NCBI GenBank assembly: GCA_017450945.1
Contig: JAFSSP010000007.1
Span: 28,487 to 92,486 of the forward strand
Direction: 5' to 3'
Length of the DNA stretch: 64,000 bases
Source: Clostridia bacterium
GTDB lineage: Bacteria; Bacillota; Clostridia; Oscillospirales; CAG-272
The notes under the pieces are model-generated. The model searched no databases. It was not told where the DNA came from and was given only the letters and a program-made list of their open reading frames with translations. Position numbers and translations under genes: made by a program. This document shows, piece by piece, positions 47,698-56,019 of the stretch (within the stretch, counting starts at the first letter, position 1; each line of letters opens with the position of its first letter).

Positions 47698-47782
47698 TGG
47701 TGCTCCTGACAGGACTTGAACCTGCACACCTTGCGGTATTGGATCCTAAATCCAACGTGTCTGCCAATTCCACCACAGGAGC
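47698..47782 (-). tRNA. tRNA-Leu (TAG)
   Basis: GCTCCTGTGGTGGAATTGGCAGACACGTTGGATTTAGGATCCAA...CAGGAGCACCA, 85 nt. Confidence 0.97.
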
Positions 47783-47910
47783 GTATTTCTTTTGCCATTA
47801 TAGCGATTTTTTCCACATCTGTCAAGAGCGAATTTTTTGTCAATCTATTTACAAATGCGGAAAATAATGTTATAATATCAAAAAGTGTACTTTTTGAAAG
47901 GACGGACGAC

Positions 47911-49680
47911 ATGAAAAAGAACCTCAAAACGCTGGTGGAACGTACAAACGCGGAACGCCCGCAGTGCCTTGTGGACATGAACGAGATCGATCTCATCGAA
48001 GCGTCCGGCATGGTTGCAGACCTGCGCCATAAAAAGAGCGCGCATCTGGCCGCACTCTGGAAGCTCGATCAGAGAGAGACGGTCCTTATCCCAATGGGCG
48101 GTTCCGACCTCGAAGGCTTTTCACAGCTGACTTTCTGGATCTTTTGCGAAAGAGCAGTCGGCTCTGTGATCCGCATGCTGTTTGACACCACACCCGAGGG
48201 CAAAGGCGAGGCCGGATATGTTGCCGACATCCCGCTGACCAAAAAAGGATGGAACCACGTCTCTCTTGCCATGCTACAACTGCCGTCCACAGGAGACGCC
48301 AGAAGCTGGAACTATGTTTCCAACATTCGCCTGACGCGCGTCAAAGGTAGAAAACTCGAGGGAGCCGCACTCTATCTCGACAGTTTCTTCCTTTGGGAAA
48401 ACACCTCTCCTGCGGCCTATGAACTGATTCCGGATTTGCACCGCGCCATCGTTTTCTCGGAGCGCGGAGCCTTCTCGCTCGTTCGCGGAAAAAGGATTCC
48501 CAATGCGCCTTTCGGTGGCGATCACTCGCCCGAAATCAATCCAAAAACCGGGGAATACTGGGTGCCGCTCTCTCCGATCGTGGCAGGATTTGTCCGCACG
48601 TCCGAGGCGGATTCCAAGCGGAAATCGCTTGCCTTTACCTATCGCAATCACTCCTACGTTTTCCTTGCCGGGACTCCGGCAGCCCGCGTGGACGGCGCGG
48701 TGAAACCGCTGAAATTTGCGCCTGCAGAGCAGGGCGGGGGACTATATGTTCCGATCTCCTTTGCGGCAGAATTTTTCGGCAGGAAATTCATCCTCGAAGA
48801 GGGCGGGCTCCTGGTACTTTCCAACCGCAAAACCTGGTTCTTAAAATCGGGGGAAGCCCTTCGCAGAGAGATCCTGGCGGCAACAACCTTCCCGAGCGTC
48901 AACTGCGAGGAGATCATCGAACAGCTTCGCACCAAGTTCTTCTCTCCCGGAAAAACGAGACTCCTGTTCTCCAAGGAAGAGGTTGGACGCCTGCGCAAAT
49001 CGCTCAAAGCAGATGAAAAACTGCGCGAGGCTGTCTCTGCTTTGGAGCTCGATGCGGCCAACACAAAAGAGATTCCTTCCAACCGCCTGCTTGCGCTCTC
49101 GCTCTCCTATCTTGCCACCGGCAAAAAGAAGCTGCCCGAAGCCATCAAGGTGCAGTTTGGAAACGTCTCGCTCAATATTGACAATGATCTTGCAAAATTC
49201 GGGCATTCTTCCTACGCGATTGCCATGGCCTATGATGCCTCCAAGGGTGTGCTGACCGAGGCCGAAAAAGCGGTCATGGAGCGCAAGCTCATTCGTTCCT
49301 GCCTGCGTCCCGGGCTTTCCTACTTTAACGGAAAACGTGCGACCGCGTCGCTCGACAGCCTTGGTGCTGCGGCATTGGCCTGTGGTATGACGGCTTGTGC
49401 GCTGGTCATGGCGGATACCTATCCCGAGACCGCGAAAAAGCTCTTGGAAAAGAGCCTGGAGCATCTCAAAGCCTGCTTCCTTGCTTCCAAGCCGGACAAA
49501 GAGGGAAGACTCGACCTTCTTCTCGGAACGCGTGCGCTTGACGTTGCACTGGAGACCACCTACGGTTGCGCGGCGCTTCCCGGCGTCAAGGAAGATTATG
49601 CGGCACTCTTCAAAGATGCAAGCGAGAATCCCGCAGAATCTTTTGTAAAGCTTTGCGCCCGTCTTTTCCCAAGCGAATAA
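47911..49680 (+). CDS. hypothetical multidomain protein (CBM-like, amine-oxidase stalk-like and helical lyase-like domains)
   Basis: DLEGFSQLTFWI...KGWNHVSL...LYLDSF; ARVDG...APAEQGGGLYVPISFAAEFFG; AIAMAYD...LTEAEK. Confidence 0.6.
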   Translation: MKKNLKTLVERTNAERPQCLVDMNEIDLIEASGMVADLRHKKSAHLAALWKLDQRETVLIPMGGSDLEGFSQLTFWIFCERAVGSVIRMLFDTTPEGKGEAGYVADIPLTKKGWNHVSLAMLQLPSTGDARSWNYVSNIRLTRVKGRKLEGAALYLDSFFLWENTSPAAYELIPDLHRAIVFSERGAFSLVRGKRIPNAPFGGDHSPEINPKTGEYWVPLSPIVAGFVRTSEADSKRKSLAFTYRNHSYVFLAGTPAARVDGAVKPLKFAPAEQGGGLYVPISFAAEFFGRKFILEEGGLLVLSNRKTWFLKSGEALRREILAATTFPSVNCEEIIEQLRTKFFSPGKTRLLFSKEEVGRLRKSLKADEKLREAVSALELDAANTKEIPSNRLLALSLSYLATGKKKLPEAIKVQFGNVSLNIDNDLAKFGHSSYAIAMAYDASKGVLTEAEKAVMERKLIRSCLRPGLSYFNGKRATASLDSLGAAALACGMTACALVMADTYPETAKKLLEKSLEHLKACFLASKPDKEGRLDLLLGTRALDVALETTYGCAALPGVKEDYAALFKDASENPAESFVKLCARLFPSE

Positions 49681-49684
49681 AAGC

Positions 49685-49714
49685 AAAAGCGGAGGAATTT
49701 TCCTCCGCTTTTTT
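49685..49714. terminator. bidirectional intrinsic terminator
   Basis: AAAAGCGGAGGA-ATTT-TCCTCCGCTTTT. Confidence 0.82.
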
Positions 49715-50717
49715 AATCTTTTCGTTTGGTTTCGGCCAATGGATTTTGCTCCATGGCGCGCTCCATGGCCTGGTTGCTGACGTGGGTATAAATTTGCGTG
49801 GTGTTGAGCTGTTCATGACCGAGGATCTCTTTGAGCACGCGCACGTCAACATGACCCGATTGATACATGAGTGTTGCGGCCGTGTGCCGGAGCTTGTGAA
49901 CCGAATAGTGTTTGGATTCAAGCCCTGCAAGCTTCAAATACTTATAGACCATCGCCTGGATCGTTTTGACGCTCATGCGCTGGTCAAGACGGCTGAGAAA
50001 GAGCGCGCGATCCTTGACGTTTGCGTATTTGGGGCCTTTGCGCTCGACAAGATAATCCGAGAGCGCAGTTCTGCAAGCATCGTTGAGATAGATGATGCGT
50101 TCCTTGTTGCCTTTACCGACCACACGCATCGAGAGCAGATTGGAATCAAGATCGTTGAGGCTTAGTCCTGCAAGCTCCGAGACACGCATGCCGCAGTTGA
50201 GAAACAAGGTTAAAATGGCGTAGTCGCGCAGACGATAAGGGGAGTCTTTATCCTCTTCGACAGCACGGAGAAGGGCAAGAGACTCTTCCAGTGTCAGCAC
50301 CTTCGGCAAGCTCTTTTTCGGCTTTGGGGCATCAATATCGGCCGTTGGATTGTCCTCAAGATAATGCTTTTTGTTGACGAGATATTTGTAAAAGGATTTG
50401 AGTGCCGAGAGCTTTCTTGCGCGAGCAGACCAGGCGTTTGCACGCTCGCGGTTGGCGTAGTAGAGGAATTCGTAAATATCGTCGGCCGTGATTTTTTTGA
50501 TCTCCTCGAGATCCACGCCGCGAACGTCGATATTTTCAAACTCTTCCGAGTTGTAGTCGATCCCTTTTTTGCTTGCCAGAATAAAGCGAAAGAAGGTGCG
50601 CAGATCAAACTGGTATTCCTGCACGGTCTTTGGGGAACAGCCCTGGATGGAGGATTTGTAGGAAATGTATTCCTGAATGAGCGGCGAGAACTCCGCCGGT
50701 GAAATCATGTTTGACAT
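49713..50717 (-). CDS. xerC: tyrosine recombinase, XerC-like
   Basis: RDYAIL, GMRVSEL, GKGNKER, HKLRHT, LGHEQLNTTQIYTH; AAGGAGG RBS. Confidence 0.85.
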   Translation of the reverse strand: MSNMISPAEFSPLIQEYISYKSSIQGCSPKTVQEYQFDLRTFFRFILASKKGIDYNSEEFENIDVRGVDLEEIKKITADDIYEFLYYANRERANAWSARARKLSALKSFYKYLVNKKHYLEDNPTADIDAPKPKKSLPKVLTLEESLALLRAVEEDKDSPYRLRDYAILTLFLNCGMRVSELAGLSLNDLDSNLLSMRVVGKGNKERIIYLNDACRTALSDYLVERKGPKYANVKDRALFLSRLDQRMSVKTIQAMVYKYLKLAGLESKHYSVHKLRHTAATLMYQSGHVDVRVLKEILGHEQLNTTQIYTHVSNQAMERAMEQNPLAETKRKD

Positions 50718-50841
50718 TCGATCCCTCCTTCCTTGCAATCATTATACACCAAGTCTTACGTTTTGGGAAGATTTTTTTGAAAAAATCCTTGCAAAAGACA
50801 GCGTGATTCGCTATAATAAAGAGCGAAAGGAGCGTGATGAA

Positions 50842-51432
50842 ATGAAAGCCGGGCAGTTTTTCAAAGAGCATTCCTACGACATGGTCAAAATGTTCCTCAA
50901 TCAGTTTGCCACGGGCCTTTTCGGCTTTGTGTTGACGCTGACTTTTACCAAGATCGGAAACTCTCTTTTGCGCACGCTTTGTTCGGTGTTTGCGGTTTTG
51001 TTCTATCTTTTCCTTTTATACTACATGACCTGGGAGATCGGCTATCGCGACAGAGGTCGTGTTCATTCTGGAGAAAAGCCTGAAAACCTGTTTCGCGGGA
51101 CGCTCATTTCGCTTTGTGCCAATCTCATCAACTTTGTCATTGCGATCATCATTTGCATCGGCAATTTTGCAACCATTCCGACTTTGGCTTCCATTGCCGT
51201 GCAGGGGAGTTTTTGGCTGGAAGGAATGTTCTCCGGGATCTTGACCAACCAAATCTTCGGCTCGCCGATGAACTCCTACTGGCTGACTTATTTTATTCTC
51301 CCGCTTCCTGCTATTGCAACCTGCACCGTGGCGTATATTCTCGGCTACAAGGATAAAAAATTTACGCCGCTGTTCAATCCGATGATCCCGAAATCCGACC
51401 GCGACGAAAAGAAAAAATATTGGAAAAAATAA
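50842..51432 (+). CDS. hypothetical membrane protein
   Basis: AAGGAG RBS; 4-5 hydrophobic helices; upstream TTGCAA-17-TATAAT. Confidence 0.75.
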   Translation: MKAGQFFKEHSYDMVKMFLNQFATGLFGFVLTLTFTKIGNSLLRTLCSVFAVLFYLFLLYYMTWEIGYRDRGRVHSGEKPENLFRGTLISLCANLINFVIAIIICIGNFATIPTLASIAVQGSFWLEGMFSGILTNQIFGSPMNSYWLTYFILPLPAIATCTVAYILGYKDKKFTPLFNPMIPKSDRDEKKKYWKK

Positions 51433-51512
51433 GCGAAAAATCCCTTGCTTTTTTGCAAGAATCAAGGTATAATGAATTTGTAAATCAAATGATTTTCTAA
51501 GGAGGCATTTTT

Positions 51513-52376
51513 ATGTTAGTTTCGGCAAAAGAGATGTTGACCAAAGCAAAAGAGGGCAAATACGCCGTCGGTCAGTTCAACATCAACAATCTGGAGTGGA
51601 CCAAAGCCATTCTGCTCACCGCAGAGGAGCAAAAATCTCCCGTCATTCTCGGCGTTTCCGAGGGCGCGGGCAAATATATGTGCGGATTTAAAACCGTTGC
51701 CGACATGGTCAAGGCCATGATCGAAGAATTGAAGATCACCGTTCCGGTGGCTCTGCATCTCGACCACGGCACTTACGAAGGCTGCTACAAGTGCATCAAA
51801 GCAGGTTTTTCTTCCATCATGTTCGACGGTTCGCATTATCCGATCGAAGAGAACGTAGAAAAAACCAAGGAACTCGTTCACGTTGCAAACGCGCTCGGCC
51901 TTTCTCTGGAGGCTGAGGTCGGCGCCATCGGCGGCGAAGAGGACGGTGTTGTCGGTATGGGCGAGTGCGCCGATCCCGATGAGTGCAAGCAGATTGCTGA
52001 CCTCGGCGTGACCATGCTGGCCGCCGGCATTGGCAACATCCACGGCAAATATCCCGCCAACTGGCCAGGCCTTTCCTTTGATACGCTTGCCGCGATCTCC
52101 GAGAAGGTCGGTTCCATGCCGCTTGTTTTGCATGGCGGTACGGGCATTCCTGCCGATATGATCAAAAAAGCCATCTCGCTCGGCGTTTCCAAAATCAACG
52201 TCAACACCGAGTGCCAGCTTGCGTTTGCCGCCGCTACGAGAACCTACATCGAAGAGGGCAAGGATCTTGTCGGCAAGGGCTTTGACCCGAGAAAAGTCTT
52301 GGCTCCCGGCGTGGAAGCCATCAAGGCTACCGTAAAAGAAAAGATGGAGCTCTTCGGCTCGGTCGGAAAAGCGTAA
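51513..52376 (+). CDS. fba: class II fructose-1,6-bisphosphate aldolase
   Basis: HLDHG, MFDGSH, GNIHG, VLHGGTG, KINVNT. Confidence 0.97.
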   Translation: MLVSAKEMLTKAKEGKYAVGQFNINNLEWTKAILLTAEEQKSPVILGVSEGAGKYMCGFKTVADMVKAMIEELKITVPVALHLDHGTYEGCYKCIKAGFSSIMFDGSHYPIEENVEKTKELVHVANALGLSLEAEVGAIGGEEDGVVGMGECADPDECKQIADLGVTMLAAGIGNIHGKYPANWPGLSFDTLAAISEKVGSMPLVLHGGTGIPADMIKKAISLGVSKINVNTECQLAFAAATRTYIEEGKDLVGKGFDPRKVLAPGVEAIKATVKEKMELFGSVGKA

Positions 52377-52392
52377 TCAATCAAAAAAGATC

Positions 52393-52430
52393 GCTCCGCA
52401 AAACCGTTTGGTTTTGCGGAGCTTTTTGTT
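52393..52430. terminator. intrinsic terminator between fba and addA
   Basis: GCTCCGCAAAACC-GTTT-GGTTTTGCGGAGC-TTTTT. Confidence 0.85.
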
Positions 52431-55400
52431 TATTTGAGTTCTTCCACGGAAAACTCGATCGTCTCGCCGAGCGGCAAAGAATAGAGGCAGATCGATGCCG
52501 GTGCCTTGCCGAAAATCTGTTCCATAGCTTCGGCGTAAGTCTTTAACTGACTACCGTGAGAAGCCAGCATGCGGGCCCGGAAATCTGCAAAAGATTCACC
52601 GTTTTCCACGCGGTCGGTCTTATAGTCGACCAGAGTTTTTCCGTTTTCTTCTTCCAGGATCAAATCGATCGATCCTTGAACAAAGATCTTTTCTTCTCCG
52701 AGCGCTTCTTTGAGGACGGGATCCTCGGTCAGTTCTTTCATTGGGATCATGCGGGCAAATTGCTGTTCGCGCCGAATGCCTTTTGCCGATAGAATCCTTG
52801 CAAAAAGGCCACTTTTTAAGAACTTTTGCAAAGAATCAAGGCGAAGAAGTGCCGCGCTCTCGGCCTGCATAAATCCCTCGTTGACCAGCCGATTGATCTC
52901 GCTTTCAAGATCGTTCGTCGCCAGCGCCGCAAAATTGCAGAATTCCAGGAAGGCATGCATCGCACTGCCGATATCTGTCGCGTCCGGCTTGTTTAGTTCG
53001 GCAAGATAACCGGAGAAGGAAGTTGCCGAGTGCAAGAGATCGAATCTTGTTTCCAGTGCGGCTTTTTCATCCTCGCCGAGGATTCGATCAAAGAGATCCG
53101 GCGCAATTTTGGAGGCCGCCACCTTGGAGGGGAGCCGCTGAAGAATCGCTCTTTCGTTCACAAACGTCTTTTCTTCTGCAAGAATTTTCGCATAGCGACT
53201 TTCGACAGGCAGTGCTTTTGGAGCAGTGGCGGAAGGCTCGTCGGCTTCTTCTTGCGGATTTTCAAAGGTTGAAACATATTCTCCCGCCTCGTATATCTTT
53301 CGATTCCACGGCTTTCCTTCTTCCTCTGTCAGGAATGCGAAAATCCAGACCATTGGGGAGGCTGCGGCAAGAATCTCGTGCCGGTCGGCTTCTGCCAGGG
53401 CTTTGGCCTGTGACAGAAAGGTTTGGCGCTTCGTATTTCCCGGGATTGTGCCGGTGAGATAGAGCCGTTCCTTGGCGCGCGTCATGGCGACGTAAAGCAG
53501 GCGGATTTGTTCTTCGCGTACCCCTTCTTTCAAAAAGAGCTTGACCACTTCATAATCGGTGGTCGATCGGGAAAGAAGCGTCGCGTCGTCGTAAAGCGTT
53601 GAACCAAAACCGATCTGCTTGGAGAGCAGAATCGAAGAATCGAATCCCTTGTAGGAAAACGTATTTGCTAAGGTTGCAACAAAAACCACCTTGTACTGCT
53701 CGCCTTTGGATTTGTGAATGGTGAGAATCTGAACCGCGTCCTCTTCGGACAAAAAGAGGTTCTTTGGCAGTTCGCCATCCCTGCAGAAGTTCTGAAAATA
53801 GTTCAAAAATTCGTACAATCCGGTATAGCCGGACGCACTGTACTTTCTTGCCTGATCGTAAAGGTAGACCGGAATATCCGAACCGGACAGGGCTTCCAGC
53901 GGCTCGGTCTCATAGAGCTTTTGCAAAAACTTGTCGACGGGAAGCGTTTCTGCGAGCTGTCTTTGTTCCTCCAAAAAGGCCAGCGTTGCGGAAATTTTCT
54001 TTGAGAGTTCGTCTTCCTCTTGATAGAGATTCAAAGCGTCAAACAAAGAATGCGCCTCTTTGTCGCTTGCATTGCGGATCGAAAGGATTTCTTCCAGAGT
54101 AAAGTTCCCAATTGGGGAAAGCAAAAACTCGTTCAGAGGAATATCTTTGTGCGGATTGTCGATCACAAAAAGCAGGTTCAAGAGATCAATCAGTTCGGTC
54201 GGGATCTCGGATTCTCCGTTCCCTTGAACGTTGACATGGATCTTGCGCGCTCGCAAAGCCTTTGCAAAGGGAAGAGCCTGATCGTTATTTCGAACCAGAA
54301 TCACAATATCCTTTGCAGGGATCCTCTCTTCGTCCATCAGCCTTTTGATCTCGTCTGCAACGAATGACACTTCATCGGGTTCTTCCTTATCGGGATTTGT
54401 TTCAAACAGACGAACGATGACCGGTTCCGGATGCTCATTGACAGGCTCTTTTCCAAATACGAGATCGTCTTCTTTGCGATAGTTCATCTCAACGGAAGCT
54501 CTGGAGAAGAGCGGCGCGCAGACCTGGTTTACCGTTTTGATGATCGTCCGGTCGCAACGGAAATTTTCAGCCATAAAAACCGAAGAACCGGTCGCATCGC
54601 TTGACGATGGATCCGAATAGAGCGGCATGTTGCGCCGATATTCCGCAAAGACCTCGGGTTCGCCGCCGCGGAAAGCGTAAATGCTTTGCTTGATATCGCC
54701 GACAAGAAATCGTTTTCCTTTGCCGATCGCGGCAAAAATTTCGTCCTGCAAGCGGTTGACGTCCTGATACTCGTCGACATAAACCTCGCGATAGCGTTCG
54801 GAGAGTTCTTTTGCAAGAGCCGTAGGAGTCCCATCGGTTCCAATCAAAAGGCTGTGCGCAAAATGAGCGATATCGTCAAAGGTAAAGCTACCGCGCGCCT
54901 TTTTCTCTTCCATAAACCGGCGATTGTATTCCAAAAGGCAGGTATAGAGCGTTCGCGCAAGCTTTTCGCTTTTTTCCATCTCTTGTTGAATATCAACCTG
55001 GAAAGAAGAATACAGCGTTCTAAGATATCCGATTCCGGCTTTGAATAGATTCCGGTACTCTTGAAACGCGAGCGCGGCGTCGCTCTTCTGGTGCCCTTTG
55101 ATCGTAGGGAACCTTTCGGACATATCACGCAGAAAGAGCGCCACTTTGGTTTCCTCGTACCCGCGCTCCAACGCCGCTTTGACGTACTGGCAGAATTCGA
55201 CATCTTTCAGTGCAAAAACTTTGTATGGTTCCTCGTCGCTCTCTGCGATGGACTCGGCGTGCTGACTCAAAATGCAAAAGAAGCGATCGAAACGCTCTTT
55301 GGTATATTGCTTGAGCGCTTTGCCGGCAAGTGTGGAAAAATAGGGAAGTGCTTTTTCCTTTTCCAGACGATCGGCACTGTGCTTCAAAAATTCGATGCCT

Positions 55401-56005
55401 TCCGGGAAATGACGAAATTTCTTCTCCAGATAAAAAAGCGTTTGACGAAGCTCGAGCTCGTGCTTTGCGTTGAGAAGATGATCCATCGAGCTTGCAAATT
55501 CGTTTTTTGCAAGCGCTTGGAAAAACTCTTTTTTCGCTTTTTTGTCAACGCCGTAAAGGTCTTCGAGCGTCTCCTTCATGATGCGCTCGGCCGTCTCCTC
55601 TAATTCCTCCTCGTCCATGACAATGCGAAAGCCTCTCGGAATTCCGAGAAGATCAAAATGGTCGCGAACGAGCTTTTGCAAGAAGGCGTCAATGGTGGAG
55701 ATCTGCGCGCCCCCGAGCAAAAGAAGCTCTTTTGAAAGGCGGGAATCTCCGGGATTTTTTGCAAGAGCCTTGTTGAGCGCATCCGAAATGCGTCTTTTGA
55801 GTTCGGCCGTTGCGTTGCGGGTAAATGTCACCACAAGCAGTTCGGAAAGCGATATCGGATCATTTTGATCGGTCAGGCGCAGGATGATGCGCTCGATCAA
55901 AACGTGCGTTTTGCCGGATCCAGCCGAAGCCGAGACCAAAAGATCGCGGCCGTAGAGCGTTTCGGCAACCTGTTGAGAAGGAGTCGGTTTGTTTTCTGAA
56001 TTCAT
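52430..56005 (-). CDS. addA: helicase-nuclease AddAB subunit AddA
   Basis: ASAGSGKT, VDEYQD, VGDIKQSIYAFR, LLYVAMTRA, GSIDL..VDYKTD. Confidence 0.93.
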   Translation of the reverse strand: MNSENKPTPSQQVAETLYGRDLLVSASAGSGKTHVLIERIILRLTDQNDPISLSELLVVTFTRNATAELKRRISDALNKALAKNPGDSRLSKELLLLGGAQISTIDAFLQKLVRDHFDLLGIPRGFRIVMDEEELEETAERIMKETLEDLYGVDKKAKKEFFQALAKNEFASSMDHLLNAKHELELRQTLFYLEKKFRHFPEGIEFLKHSADRLEKEKALPYFSTLAGKALKQYTKERFDRFFCILSQHAESIAESDEEPYKVFALKDVEFCQYVKAALERGYEETKVALFLRDMSERFPTIKGHQKSDAALAFQEYRNLFKAGIGYLRTLYSSFQVDIQQEMEKSEKLARTLYTCLLEYNRRFMEEKKARGSFTFDDIAHFAHSLLIGTDGTPTALAKELSERYREVYVDEYQDVNRLQDEIFAAIGKGKRFLVGDIKQSIYAFRGGEPEVFAEYRRNMPLYSDPSSSDATGSSVFMAENFRCDRTIIKTVNQVCAPLFSRASVEMNYRKEDDLVFGKEPVNEHPEPVIVRLFETNPDKEEPDEVSFVADEIKRLMDEERIPAKDIVILVRNNDQALPFAKALRARKIHVNVQGNGESEIPTELIDLLNLLFVIDNPHKDIPLNEFLLSPIGNFTLEEILSIRNASDKEAHSLFDALNLYQEEDELSKKISATLAFLEEQRQLAETLPVDKFLQKLYETEPLEALSGSDIPVYLYDQARKYSASGYTGLYEFLNYFQNFCRDGELPKNLFLSEEDAVQILTIHKSKGEQYKVVFVATLANTFSYKGFDSSILLSKQIGFGSTLYDDATLLSRSTTDYEVVKLFLKEGVREEQIRLLYVAMTRAKERLYLTGTIPGNTKRQTFLSQAKALAEADRHEILAAASPMVWIFAFLTEEEGKPWNRKIYEAGEYVSTFENPQEEADEPSATAPKALPVESRYAKILAEEKTFVNERAILQRLPSKVAASKIAPDLFDRILGEDEKAALETRFDLLHSATSFSGYLAELNKPDATDIGSAMHAFLEFCNFAALATNDLESEINRLVNEGFMQAESAALLRLDSLQKFLKSGLFARILSAKGIRREQQFARMIPMKELTEDPVLKEALGEEKIFVQGSIDLILEEENGKTLVDYKTDRVENGESFADFRARMLASHGSQLKTYAEAMEQIFGKAPASICLYSLPLGETIEFSVEELK

Positions 56006-56019
56006 TTTGTTCTCCTTTC

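Noticed and set aside
49713-50717. Tyrosine recombinase as the integrase of an island at tRNA-Leu(TAG) or of the cassettes
   Set aside because: It looks like the housekeeping clostridial XerC type, lies on the 5' side of the tRNA, and has no flanking att repeat or mobile genes. A role in trans cannot be excluded.
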